From positions 276,589-340,588 of the forward strand of contig CAVUME010000006.1 of NCBI GenBank assembly GCA_963742395.1: a stretch of DNA of 64,000 bases, in the 5' to 3' direction. Both the position numbers and the translations under genes were made by a program. The DNA comes from an uncultured Solirubrobacteraceae bacterium. GTDB taxonomy: Bacteria; Actinomycetota; Thermoleophilia; Solirubrobacterales; Solirubrobacteraceae. This document shows positions 40,052 through 49,830 of this stretch, piece after piece. Under the pieces are notes generated by a model. That model searched no databases and was not told the origin of the DNA. It worked only from the letters and a program-made list of their open reading frames with translations. How positions within the stretch are numbered: position 1 is the first letter of the stretch; each line of letters begins with the position of its first letter.

Positions 40052-40519
40052 GTGGCCAAGCATCCCGCCGTCGGCGAGCAGGCGCCCGACTTCGAGCTGC
40101 AGGGCACGGAGGGGCCGTTTCGCCTCTCCGAGCATCGCGGCGAGAGGGTCGTGCTGCTGTTCTACCCGGGCGACAACACGCCCGTGTGCACGAAACAGTT
40201 CTGTTCCTATCGCGACCGTGCCGATGACTTCGGCGCGCTCGAGGCGACCGTCGTGGGAGTCTCGGCGCAGGGCGTCGACTCCCACCGCGAGTTCACCGAG
40301 AAGAACCACCTCAACGTCCCGCTGCTCGCCGACGAGGACGGCGCCGTCGCGAGCAAATTCGGTGCCCACGGCCGCCTCGGAACCAAGCGGGCGGTCGTGA
40401 TCGTGGACGAGCAGGGCATCGTGCGCCACCGCCACGACCACCTGCTGGGACTGGACTTCCAGTCCGTCGACGAGCTCAAGGCCGCGCTCGACGCGCTGCC
40501 GAGCCCGGCCGCCACCTAG
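40052..40519 (+). CDS. bcp: Peroxiredoxin (BCP/PrxQ)
   Basis: APDFEL and FYPGDNTPVCTKQFC. Confidence 0.92.
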   Translation: MAKHPAVGEQAPDFELQGTEGPFRLSEHRGERVVLLFYPGDNTPVCTKQFCSYRDRADDFGALEATVVGVSAQGVDSHREFTEKNHLNVPLLADEDGAVASKFGAHGRLGTKRAVVIVDEQGIVRHRHDHLLGLDFQSVDELKAALDALPSPAAT

Positions 40520-40541
40520 CAGAGCCTCGGCCGCGAGCCGA

Positions 40542-42713
40542 TCAGGTGCCGGTCGTCACGGCCGCCGCGCCGTCACGCAGCTCGGCGGCGCGCTCGCCGG
40601 CGGCGCGCGCCGCGTGCAGCTCGGCGAGCTCGAGCTGCATGTTGCGGGGCTCTTCACCGGGGGCCGGGGAGCGACGGTGCCAGACCCCCTCCCCGTCGAG
40701 CTCCCACGAGCTCTGGTTGTCGGCGAAGGCGCGTTCGAGGGTGTCGAGCAGCTCGGCGCGCAGTTCCTCGGCCTGGACGGGCACCGCCAGCTCGACCCGG
40801 TGGTCGAGGTTGCGGGGCATCAGGTCGGCCGAGGCGATGTAGATCGTGTACTCGCCGCTGCGCTCGAAGGCGTACACGCGCGAGTGCTCGAGCAGCCGGC
40901 CCACGATCGACACGACCCGGATGTTCTCCGAGATCCCCGGTAGGCCCGGGCGCAGGCAGCAGATGCCGCGCACGTTGAGGTCCACTTTCACGCCCGCCTG
41001 GGAGGCCTTATACAGCGCCCGGATGCAGCGACCGTCGACGAGCGCGTTCATCTTCATCGCGATCCGCGCCGGGGAGGAGGGGGAGTGGGAGGCGATCGTC
41101 CGCTCGATCTGCTCGATGATCCCGTCGCGCAGGTAGTCCGGCGCGATCAGCACTTTGCGGTAGTTCAGCGGCCGCCCGTAGCCGGTCAGGTAGTTGAAGA
41201 TGTCGGTCACGTCGGCGCCGATTTCCTCGTCGGTCGTGAAGAGGCCGAAGTCGGTGTAAAGGCGGGCCGTGGCGGAGTGGTAGTTGCCGGTTCCGATGTG
41301 CACGTAGTTGCGCACTCCGTCACCCTCGCGGCGGACCACGAGCACGCACTTGGCGTGGGTCTTCAGCGCGGGTTGGCCATAGACCACGTGCACGCCGGCT
41401 TCCTCCAACGCCTTGGCCCACTGGATGTTGGTGCGCTCGTCGAAACGGGCCTGGAGCTCCACCAGGGCGACCGCCTGCTTGCCACGCTCGGTGGCGTCGA
41501 TCAGGGCCGGCACCATCGGCGAGTCGTCGCTGGTGCGGTACACGGTCTGCTTGATCGCAAGTACGTTGGGGTCGGCTGCCGCCTGCTCGACGAAGCGCTC
41601 CACCGAGGTCGCAAACGACACGTAGGGGTGGTGCACGAGGAAGTCGCCTTCGCGCATCGCGCCCATCACGTCGGGACGCTCGCCCTCGTGGCGCATCAGC
41701 CGCGTGTGGGTGATGCTCGCCAACGGCTCATAGCGCAGCTCGGCGTGTCCCGGCAGGCGCACGATCTGCCACAGGGAGCCCATGTCGAGCAGGCCCGGGA
41801 CCGGGTAGACCTCGTCGTCGCGGACCCCGAGCAGGCCCGTGAGCTCGGCCCGCAGCTGCTCCGAGCATGCGGCCCCGACCTCGACCCGGACGACCTCGCC
41901 GAAGCGCCGGCGCCGGAGCTCGTCCTCGACCGCCTGCAGCAGGTCGGCGGCGTCGTCGGAGACCTCGAGGTCGGCGTCGCGGGTGACCCGGAAGACGTCG
42001 AAGTCGAGGATCTCCATGCCCGGGAAGAGCGCGTCCAGGTGGTGGGCGATGAGGTCCTCGAGCGGCACCAGCAGCGCACCCGAGCCGTCCGGCTCCTCCA
42101 CCGAGACGAAGCGCGGCAGGATCTCGGTCGGGACCTTCACGCGCGCGAACACGGTCGGGGCGCCCTCCCCGCCGGCAGGGTCGCGGACCAGCACGGCGAG
42201 GCTCAACGACAGATTCGAGATGTACGGGAAGGGCCGCCCGGGGGCCACCGCCAGGGGGGTCAGGGCGGGGAAGATCGCGCGCTGGAAGTGCCGCGCCAAC
42301 TGCTCGCGCTGGTGCTCATCGAGGTCCGCCACGCTGACGATGCGGATGCCCTGCACGGCCAGCTCCGGGCGTAGCCGGCCTTCGAAGCAGTCGGCCAGGC
42401 GCCGGCCCTGACGCAGCACCTGCTCGCGGATCAGGCCGATCGTCTGGGAGGGGATCAGCCCGTCCTGGGTGGGGTTCTCCACGCCCGCGTCGATCTGGTC
42501 GTGCAGGCCGGCCACCCGGACCATGTAGTACTCGTCGAGGTTGGTCGTGTAGATGGCGCAGAACTTGACCCGCTCCAGCAGTGGCACGCGGTCGTCCTCG
42601 GCCAGCTGCAGGACGCGGTCGTTGAACTCCAGCCAGGAGAGCTCGCGGTTGATGTACAGGGAGGGGTCGCTGACGTCCTCCATGACCCTCGGCGCGGTCG
42701 CCGGCGCCTCCAC
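40542..42713 (-). CDS. ppk1: Polyphosphate kinase 1 (may start at ATG 42825 with a frameshift near 42715)
   Basis: NRELSWLEFNDRVL, HHPY, ARFDE, KTHAK, GTGNY, LEHSR and SADLMPRNLDHRVE. Confidence 0.97.
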   Translation of the reverse strand: MEAPATAPRVMEDVSDPSLYINRELSWLEFNDRVLQLAEDDRVPLLERVKFCAIYTTNLDEYYMVRVAGLHDQIDAGVENPTQDGLIPSQTIGLIREQVLRQGRRLADCFEGRLRPELAVQGIRIVSVADLDEHQREQLARHFQRAIFPALTPLAVAPGRPFPYISNLSLSLAVLVRDPAGGEGAPTVFARVKVPTEILPRFVSVEEPDGSGALLVPLEDLIAHHLDALFPGMEILDFDVFRVTRDADLEVSDDAADLLQAVEDELRRRRFGEVVRVEVGAACSEQLRAELTGLLGVRDDEVYPVPGLLDMGSLWQIVRLPGHAELRYEPLASITHTRLMRHEGERPDVMGAMREGDFLVHHPYVSFATSVERFVEQAAADPNVLAIKQTVYRTSDDSPMVPALIDATERGKQAVALVELQARFDERTNIQWAKALEEAGVHVVYGQPALKTHAKCVLVVRREGDGVRNYVHIGTGNYHSATARLYTDFGLFTTDEEIGADVTDIFNYLTGYGRPLNYRKVLIAPDYLRDGIIEQIERTIASHSPSSPARIAMKMNALVDGRCIRALYKASQAGVKVDLNVRGICCLRPGLPGISENIRVVSIVGRLLEHSRVYAFERSGEYTIYIASADLMPRNLDHRVELAVPVQAEELRAELLDTLERAFADNQSSWELDGEGVWHRRSPAPGEEPRNMQLELAELHAARAAGERAAELRDGAAAVTTGT

Positions 42714-42909
42714 CTCGGGTCTCTGCCACCCGCGTCACCACTTGCGCCGGGCCTCCCGCCGCCGCCTCCACGGACCGGGCTGCCGCTGTCAGGCGCGCGG
42801 CGTCGGTGCTGGCGCTCTCGTCCATCGCCTTGACGCTACTACTCTGACGCCTTCCCGAGGGCCCCCGGCAGCTAGGTGAAAGGCCGCTGTCGCGCTACTG
42901 TGACCGCCC

Positions 42910-43434
42910 ATGGCCCGCCAGCTTTGGCTACTTCGTCACGCGGAGGCGGAGCCGCACGGAAGCCGCGAGGACGCTGCGCGCCGGCTCACGGCACGGGGCG
43001 AAGCGCAGGCACGGGCGGCGGGCGCGTCGCTGCTGGCGCTGGAAGCGGGCTTCGAGGAGATCCTCTACAGCCCCAAGGCCCGCGCCCGCGAGACCGCCGA
43101 GTTGGCCCTGGAGGGCCAGGAGCCCCGGGTGCGCGACAGCGCTCGCGCCCACGAGCCACTGGCCTCCGGCTTCGACGCGGCCGACGCGCTCGAGCTGGCC
43201 GCTGCGCTCGGCCCCGACGGGCGACTGCTGCTGGTGGGCCACGAGCCCGACCTCTCGACCGTCGTGGCGCAGCTGACGGGCGCGCGCATCGACCTCAAGA
43301 AGGGCGGACTGGCGGTGGTTCGTCTGGAGGGAGGCGGGGGCGAGCTGGCGCTGCTGCTACGACCGCGCGAGCTTGCCCTGATCGCGCAGGCCGGCACCGT
43401 CGGGGCCGCGGCCGCCGTCCGCGCTCTCGGCTGA
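42910..43434 (+). CDS. sixA: SixA-like phosphohistidine phosphatase
   Basis: LLRHAEA, SPKARARETA, VGHEP and KKGG. Confidence 0.9.
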   Translation: MARQLWLLRHAEAEPHGSREDAARRLTARGEAQARAAGASLLALEAGFEEILYSPKARARETAELALEGQEPRVRDSARAHEPLASGFDAADALELAAALGPDGRLLLVGHEPDLSTVVAQLTGARIDLKKGGLAVVRLEGGGGELALLLRPRELALIAQAGTVGAAAAVRALG

Positions 43435-44244
43435 CCACTCGGCCGGCAGCTGCGAGGGCACGTCCTCGGACTTGACGACCTCCAGCGATTCGGCCGCGAA
43501 GCGGTAGCCGATCCCGAAGTGGGTGTGGATGTAGCGCCACTTCGGCGAGGCCTTCTCGAGCTTCTGGCGCAGCTTGCGCACGAACACGTCCACCGAGCGG
43601 TCGCCACGGACCATCGTGTAGCCCCACAGCCGCGAGTAGATCTCCTCGCGCTCGAGCACCCGGCCTTCGGCCGAGGCGAGCAGCTCGATCAGCTCGAACT
43701 CGCGGCGGGTGAGGTCGATGCTGTCCTCGCCCACGAAGGCCTGGAAGCGGTCCGCGCGGATCTCCACCTCGCCCGCCAGCACCGGCGGGGTCTGCTCGCG
43801 CCCGGCGCTGCGCCGGCGCCGGCGCACGACGCTCTGCACGCGCGCGATGACCTCCTCGGGGTGGCACGGCTTGGTCACCCAGTCGTCGGCCCCGAGGCGC
43901 AGGCCGCGCACCCGCTGGGCGACGGTGGATGGCCCGGTGCAGACGACGATGCCGAGCTCCGGGAGGGCCTCGCAGAGACGCTCCAGCCAGCTCCAAGCCT
44001 GGGGCCCGAGCACGGCCAGGTCGACCACCAGCGCGCTCAGGCGCATCGACACGACGGCCTCGCGGGGAACCGGGCCCTCGAGCACGCGGTGCTCCCAGCC
44101 GAGGCGGTCCATGCGCTTGCACAGGACCTGGATGAAGCCGCTGTCGCGATCGAGCACCGCGATCCGCAGGGCCGCTACGGAGGCTGCGCTCTCGGGAGGC
44201 GATGAGCCGCCCCCCTCGACGTCGGCGCGCGCGCTTGGCGTCAT
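43357..44244 (-). CDS. OmpR/PhoB-family response regulator, probable Pho regulator
   Basis: Receiver domain (LVVD, CTG, GADDWVTKP) plus winged helix (LTRREFEL, RSVDVFVRKLRQKL, GIGYRF). Confidence 0.92.
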   Translation of the reverse strand: MTPSARADVEGGGSSPPESAASVAALRIAVLDRDSGFIQVLCKRMDRLGWEHRVLEGPVPREAVVSMRLSALVVDLAVLGPQAWSWLERLCEALPELGIVVCTGPSTVAQRVRGLRLGADDWVTKPCHPEEVIARVQSVVRRRRRSAGREQTPPVLAGEVEIRADRFQAFVGEDSIDLTRREFELIELLASAEGRVLEREEIYSRLWGYTMVRGDRSVDVFVRKLRQKLEKASPKWRYIHTHFGIGYRFAAESLEVVKSEDVPSQLPAEWSAESADGGRGPDGAGLRDQGKLARS

Positions 44245-44295
44245 CGCGGGGCAGTGTAGGCGATGCCGAGGCGCTGTGGCAGCTACCGCAGCGAG

Positions 44296-44317
44296 CGTAA
44301 CAGTATCTTCACACCGC
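44296..44317 (+). promoter_or_regulatory. Possible PHO-box-like 11-bp direct repeat upstream of the response regulator
   Basis: CGTAACAGTAT CTTCACACCGC. Confidence 0.4.
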
Positions 44318-44370
44318 GCTCCGGCCGAAGACCCGCTATTTGCGCCCCCGGGCCGCGGCGGAGGCCGCTT

Positions 44371-45148
44371 TCAGCGGCCGGGCATGCGCGACGAGGAGTC
44401 CGAGAACTCCCGAAACAGGCCGGTCACCACGAACGCCACCTGCTCGCCGATGTCGACGGCGTTGTCCCCGATCCGCTCCAGGGCGCGCGCCACGAGCGTC
44501 ATGTAGAGGGCCCACTCGCGCGTGTCGGGGTCGTCGCCGATTTCGATCGCAAGGCGGAAGATCTCCCTGTTGAGGCGGTTGATCTCGCGGTCCTGGCGCA
44601 CGAGGTCTTCGGCCAGGCTGACGTCGCGGGCGGCGAAGGCGGCGCGCGACTGGATCACCTCCGAGCGGGCGAAGGCCCCCATCCGTGCGAGTGTGCTGAG
44701 CACGTCCCGGTGGACCGGGGGCTCGTGGCCGGACAGCGGGATCAGCTTGGCGATGTTCACGCACTGGTCGCCCATGCGCTCGATGTGCTTGATCAGGTGC
44801 AGTAGGGCTGCCACCAGGCGCAGGTCCCCTGCGACCGGGGCCTGCAGTGCGAGCAGGGACAGGATCCCCTGGTGGACCTCCAGGTAGCGACCGTCCACGC
44901 GATCGTCGTCGGCGATCACCATCTGGGCCAGCTCCACGTCCTGGTGGTCGAGCGCCTCGAGCACCCGGTCGAGCTGCTCGACGACGATGTCGATGCCGCC
45001 GAGGGCGTGCTGTTCCAGGGCCGTCAGCTGTTCCTGGAAGTGGGCACGGGGGTGGCGGCCCGTCGCCTGCGACCGGCGGCGGAGCCTGGGCGGCGGCCGC
45101 GGCTCCGCCGGGAGGCTCGGCCCCGCTAGCCGAACTTGCCGGTGACAT
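44371..45148 (-). CDS. phoU: Phosphate signalling protein PhoU; frameshift near 45050
   Basis: [31 protein letters not shown] and [13 protein letters not shown]. The start is inferred at ATG 45148 after GGAGG. Confidence 0.92.
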
Positions 45149-46115
45149 ATTCCTCCGTCCGGGGGTCGCTCGGTTTGGTGAAGATCGTCTGCGTCGGCCC
45201 GACCTCGACGAGCTCGCCGGAGAGCATGAAGACCGTGCGGTCGGCGACGCGCGCGGCCTGCTGCATGTTGTGGGTGACGATCACGATCGTGACCCGTTGC
45301 TTGAGTTCGCCGATCAGCTCCTCGATCTTCAGCGTGGCGATCGGGTCCAGCGCCGAGCACGGCTCGTCCATCAGGATCACCTCGGGGCCCACGGCCAGCG
45401 AGCGGGCGATGCATAGCCGCTGCTGCTGGCCGCCGGAGAGGCCGATGCCAGGCTCGCCGAGGCGGTCCTTGACCTCTTCCCACAGGCCCGCCCCCCGCAG
45501 CGCCCGCTCGACCTTCTCGTCCAGCTTCTCCCGCCGCCGCGAGGTCAGGCGCAGGCCGGCCGCCACGTTGTCGAAGACCGACATCGTGGGGAACGGGTTG
45601 GGCTTCTGGAAGACCATCCCGATCGCCCGGCGCACGGCCACGACGTCGACCGAGGGGTCGTACACGTCGGCGCCCTCGAGCAACACCCGGCCCTCGGCGC
45701 GGGCGCCGGGGATCTCCTCGTGCATGCGGTTGATGCAGCGGATCAGCGTCGACTTCCCGCAGCCCGACGGACCGATGATGGCGGTCACCTCGTTGGCCCG
45801 GAACTCGATGTCGATGCCCTTCAGCTGCATGCTGTCGCCGTAGAAGGCACGCAGGCCCTCGACCTGCACGGCGGGCCCACTGGCCTGCTCGCTGACGGGC
45901 TCGCCGTCCGGGGCGTCGGCGAACTGGCCGGTGATCCGCTGGCGCAGGCCATCCGCCGGACCGTCGGCCGCACCGGTCGTGGCGCCGGAGGGGCCGGTCA
46001 CGGCGTCGGCGGGCGCGGGCGCCCCGGCCGTGGCGTCGGGACCGCCGGTCACGGCGTCGGCGGGCGCGGGCGCGGCCTCGCAACCCTGCATCTCCGGCTG
46101 GCGCTCGGCGTCCAT
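45126..46115 (-). CDS. pstB: Phosphate ABC transporter ATPase with an N-terminal low-complexity extension
   Basis: [39 protein letters not shown] and YVTGKFG. Confidence 0.96.
   Translation of the reverse strand: MDAERQPEMQGCEAAPAPADAVTGGPDATAGAPAPADAVTGPSGATTGAADGPADGLRQRITGQFADAPDGEPVSEQASGPAVQVEGLRAFYGDSMQLKGIDIEFRANEVTAIIGPSGCGKSTLIRCINRMHEEIPGARAEGRVLLEGADVYDPSVDVVAVRRAIGMVFQKPNPFPTMSVFDNVAAGLRLTSRRREKLDEKVERALRGAGLWEEVKDRLGEPGIGLSGGQQQRLCIARSLAVGPEVILMDEPCSALDPIATLKIEELIGELKQRVTIVIVTHNMQQAARVADRTVFMLSGELVEVGPTQTIFTKPSDPRTEEYVTGKFG
45993..46073. repeat. 30-bp exact direct repeat (51-bp period) in the 5' extension of pstB
   Basis: GCCGGTCACGGCGTCGGCGGGCGCGGGCGC at 45993-46022 and 46044-46073, encoding [10 protein letters not shown] twice. 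Confidence 0.85.
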
Positions 46116-46148
46116 GCTCGCCACCTTAGAGCGTGAGTGCAGGGCCCG

Positions 46149-47045
46149 TCACGCCAGTCGGTTCCTTCTCGAGAGCAGGCGGGCGATCATGTTCAGGATC
46201 AGAATCATCAGCACCAGCGTGAGGGCCGCCCCCCAGGCGCGTTCGACGACCGCTTCGGTGGGACTCGTGACGTCGCTGTAGATCTGCACGGGCAGCGAGT
46301 TCATGAAGCCGCCGAGGTTGAGCGAGGTTTCGTGGGCGGCGGCGGCGGTGAACAGCAGCGGCGCGGTCTCGCCCGCGGCCCGTGCCACCGCCAGCAGCAT
46401 CCCGGTCAGCATTCCCGGCAGCGCCGCCGGCAGCACCACGCTGCCGATCACCTGCCAGCGCGGGGCACCGAGTGCGAGCGCCGATTCACGCAGCGAGTTG
46501 GGCACCAGCAGCAGCACCACCTCGCCCGAGCGGATCACGATCGGCAGCATCAGCAGGGCCAGCGCGATCGCGCCCTTGTAGCCCGCGTAGGTGCTGCCGG
46601 TGCCGACGATCAGGGCGATGTACACGAACAGCCCGAACACGATCGAGGGCACGCCCGTCATCACGTCGGTGAAGAAGCGCACGGTCTGGGCGAACCAGCT
46701 GTTGCGTCCGTACTCGACAAGCCAGACCGCCACCCCGATCCCGATCGGGATCGCGATCACGGCTGCCAGCCCGACCATCTCGATCGTGCCGACGATGGCG
46801 CTCTTGATCCCCCCGATCTTGGAGGCGCCGAAGAAGGTGTTGCCGGTCGGGTCGGAGGTGAAGAAGCTCGGGCTCCAGGCTCCGAGGCCCTTGCTCACCA
46901 GGTAGTAGATGATCAGGGCAAGCGGGATCAGGGCCAGGATCGTGGCCGCCATCACGATCCGGCGCGCGAGCAGGTCGCGCCGTCGCCGGGCGGCGCTGGG
47001 GGCGAAGCGGGCCAGCGTCCCGGCCGGCTGTGCGGAGGCGCTCAT
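46149..47045 (-). CDS. pstA: Phosphate ABC transporter permease PstA
   Basis: GVPSIVFGLF, LRESALALGA and ARAAGETAPLLFT. Confidence 0.95.
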   Translation of the reverse strand: MSASAQPAGTLARFAPSAARRRRDLLARRIVMAATILALIPLALIIYYLVSKGLGAWSPSFFTSDPTGNTFFGASKIGGIKSAIVGTIEMVGLAAVIAIPIGIGVAVWLVEYGRNSWFAQTVRFFTDVMTGVPSIVFGLFVYIALIVGTGSTYAGYKGAIALALLMLPIVIRSGEVVLLLVPNSLRESALALGAPRWQVIGSVVLPAALPGMLTGMLLAVARAAGETAPLLFTAAAAHETSLNLGGFMNSLPVQIYSDVTSPTEAVVERAWGAALTLVLMILILNMIARLLSRRNRLA

Positions 47046-48074
47046 ACGCCCGCCGCCGCGTCCACGAGCAGCACGCCACCGCCCTCTGCGCGGGTGTCCG
47101 CCGTCGGTCCGCGGAAGGTCCTGTTTGCGCTGCGATTGACGATCACGCGGGCGATGATGTTCACGATCAGGGTCAGCACGAACAGCACCAGGCCGGCCGC
47201 GAACAGCGCCGCCCGGTGGGTGCCCTCGGCCTCGCCGAACTCGTTGGCGATCACCGCGGCAAGGCTGTAGCCCTGGTTGAAGATGTGGTGCCCGAGCGTG
47301 GTCGAGTCGCCGATCAGGATCGTGATCGCGATCGTCTCCCCGATCGCCCGCCCGAGGCCCAGCATCGCCCCGCCGACGATCCCCGTGCGGCAGTACGGCA
47401 ACACGGCGATGCGGATCATCTCCCAGCGGGTGGCCCCGAGCCCGAGTGCGGCCTCCTTCTGGTCGGCCGGCACCGTCGCCATCACCTCCCTGCTGATCGC
47501 GCTGACGATCGGCAGGATCATGATCGCGAGCACCAGCCCGGTGATGAAGTAGTTGGGGATCGTGACCGTCGCCGCCACCGATGAAGGGGATGAACGACAG
47601 GCGGTCGGCGACCCACTGCTCGGGCCCTTTCAGTTTCGGGGCCAGGAAGAAGATCCCCCACAGGCCATAGACCACGGACGGGACCGCCGCCAGCAGCTCG
47701 ACCAGGATCGTCAACGCGCTGCGCAGCCGCGCCGGACACAGCTCGGTCGTGAAGAGGGCGGTGGCGACCGCCACGGGGACGCCCATCAGCAGCGCCAGCA
47801 CCGAGGTGATGAGCGTGCCCACCACCAGCGCCAAGGCTCCGAAGTGGTCGGCCCCGGGGTTCCAGTCGTTGCCGAAGATGAAGCCGAAGACGCCTTCTTT
47901 GGCGAACGCCGGCCGCGCCTGGCCGATCAGGCGGATGAAGAAGTAGACGATCAGCGCCAGCATCGCCGCGGCCAGCGCCGTCAGTCCCCAGCGCAGCACC
48001 CGGTCGGGCAGGCGCGCCAGCGGCGAGCGGGTCAACAGACCGCGCTCGCCGCTTGCTGCAGAGGCCGCCTCCAC
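47042..48074 (-). CDS. pstC: Phosphate ABC transporter permease PstC; frameshift near 47578
   Basis: ELLAAVPSVVYGLWG, LAIMILP and LGLGRAIGETIA across two frames. Confidence 0.93.
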
Positions 48075-48105
48075 GTCGCCTATCGGTGGGTGCGGAGCCT
48101 GGTCA

Positions 48106-49212
48106 TCAGCCGCCGCTGCCGAGGACGGCGCCGTTGCATTCCAGCGAGCCCGCGGCCGTCTTTGACTTGCTGAGGATTTCGGCGGGCAGCGCCGCGTAGT
48201 CGGCCTTCGAGAGCACCGCCTGGCCCTGGCCGAGGCCATAGCTCAGGAACCTCGACACGCCCTTGGCGGCAGATTCGCCGCCTGGAATCCCGGCCTTGCA
48301 GAGGTCTTTGTTGACGATGACGAACGTCTGTGAGGTGATCGGATAGGCCTGCGCCCCCGACGGGTTGGAGATTTTGATCCCCAGGTTGGCCGGGACCGTG
48401 AGTCCTTCGGCGGCGGCGCTGGTGGATTCCAGCGAGGGCGCCACGAAGTTGCCGGCCTTGTTCTTCACGGATGCGACCGTGAAGTTGTGCTGCAGGGCAT
48501 ATGCCTGCTCAACGTAACCGACCGCGCCCGCCGTCTGCTGAACGGCTCCGGCGACGCCGGCGTTGCCCTTGGCGCCGGTCCCCGTCGGCCACTGCACCGT
48601 CTTGCCTTCGCCGACCTTCGAGGCCCATTCGGGATCGACCTTCGTCAGGTAGCCGGTGAAGCCGGCCGTGGTGCCCGAGGAGTCCGAGCGGTGGATCACC
48701 GTGATCGCCGTGCTCGGCAGGGTGCTCCCCGGGTTGAGCTTGGCGATCTGCGGCGCGTTCCAGGTCTTGATCTTGCCGAGGAAGATTTCGGAGATCGTGG
48801 ACCCTTCCAGCTTCAGGCCCGTCGGCAGGCCCGAGACGTTGTAGGAGATCGTGATCGCTCCGAGGAACATCGGGATCTGGATCGCGGGGCTGCCGTTCTT
48901 GGCGATGGCGGCCTGGTCGGCGGGCTTCAGCGGCGGGTCACTGGCGCCGAAGTCGACGGTCTTGGACGCCAGCGAGGTGATGCCGGCGCCCGACCCGACG
49001 GCCTGGTAGTTGACGGTCAGGCCCGAGCTCTTCAGTTCGGAGGCCCACTGTTCGTAGACCGGAGCGGCAAACGTCGAGCCGGCGCCGGAGATCGTGGCTG
49101 ATGGTCCGCTTGAGGTGGTGCCCGAGGTTGAGTTGTTCGAGCTTCCGCACGCGGCGAGCACGACTGCGAGCACCACGCTGGCCGCGATGGCGGCCATCTT
49201 CGAGTTGATCAC
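48106..49212 (-). CDS. pstS: Phosphate-binding lipoprotein PstS
   Basis: Lipobox LAAC, GAGSTF, GSGAG, DFGASD and HRSDSSGTT. Confidence 0.96.
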   Translation of the reverse strand: MINSKMAAIAASVVLAVVLAACGSSNNSTSGTTSSGPSATISGAGSTFAAPVYEQWASELKSSGLTVNYQAVGSGAGITSLASKTVDFGASDPPLKPADQAAIAKNGSPAIQIPMFLGAITISYNVSGLPTGLKLEGSTISEIFLGKIKTWNAPQIAKLNPGSTLPSTAITVIHRSDSSGTTAGFTGYLTKVDPEWASKVGEGKTVQWPTGTGAKGNAGVAGAVQQTAGAVGYVEQAYALQHNFTVASVKNKAGNFVAPSLESTSAAAEGLTVPANLGIKISNPSGAQAYPITSQTFVIVNKDLCKAGIPGGESAAKGVSRFLSYGLGQGQAVLSKADYAALPAEILSKSKTAAGSLECNGAVLGSGG

Positions 49213-49335
49213 TGAGTCTCCTCTGGATGGATTGTCGCTGGACTGCGCATCCCGGCGGCCAGCCTCGCTGTGCCGTCCAGGTCGTGCGCCTCTACCCGAC
49301 GCCGATGCTTTCGTACCGGAGAGCGGAGAGTGTCT

Positions 49336-49708
49336 TCAGTGGGCGGGCACGCCCATGTGAACATCTTGTGAAGGCTGGGGTTGGAAGCGGTAGCCAAAAC
49401 CGGGATGCGTATGGATGAACTGCCGGTCCGGAAGCTGCGGCCTCGAGCTTGGTACGGAGCTTGCTCACGTACACGTCCACCGAACGGTCGCGGGCTCGCA
49501 GCTCCGTGCCCCAAACGCTGCGATACAGGTCCTCCCGCTTGACGATGGCCCCCTGGCGACGCACCATTGCCACCAACAGCTCGAACTCGCGCACCGACAA
49601 CGTCAATGCGCGCCCGCGCGCGAGGGCCAGTCCCTCGTGGGGGCGAATCTCGAGCTCCCCGGCGTGGAGCGTCTCAACGGAGGTGTCGCTGGCATGGGTG
49701 GCCGCCAC
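49336..49708 (-). CDS. Receiver-less OmpR/PhoB-type winged-helix protein; frameshift near 49435
   Basis: LSVREFELL and RSVDVYVSKLRTKL. The shifted frame gives FIHTHPGFGYRF...stop at 49336. There is no room for a receiver domain. Confidence 0.85.
49352..49373 (-). promoter_or_regulatory. PHO-box-like direct repeat upstream of pstS
   Basis: CTTCACAAGAT GTTCACATGGG with an 11-bp period, matching the actinobacterial GTTCA repeat unit. Confidence 0.7.
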
Positions 49709-49747
49709 GAGCGGAGCGTTACATGGACCTACAGGGATCCCGTTGCA

Positions 49748-49780
49748 AACTCGTGATCTAGTCGTGAACAATCGGTAAAC
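49748..49780 (-). promoter_or_regulatory. Three-unit PHO-box-like repeat between the winged-helix and DUF47 genes
   Basis: GTTTACCGATT GTTCACGACTA GATCACGAGTT. Confidence 0.75.
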
Positions 49781-49830
49781 CGCGTGTCGCCGTGGGAGGC
49801 CGGAAACGGCACGGGGCATATTCTTGGCCG

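Noticed and set aside
38086-40107. 673-aa double sulfotransferase fusion
   Set aside because: A single frameshift near 39140 restores a homologous C-terminus and a TGA overlapping the second ATG, so these are two genes.
43357-43434. Functional antisense overlap of sixA and the response regulator
   Set aside because: The overlap covers only low-complexity tails, which is common for convergent genes in high-GC genomes and may reflect an indel.
46149-48239. PstC-PstA fusion (696 aa)
   Set aside because: Caused by a frameshift near 47578. The true PstC C-terminus is in another frame and stops at 47042.
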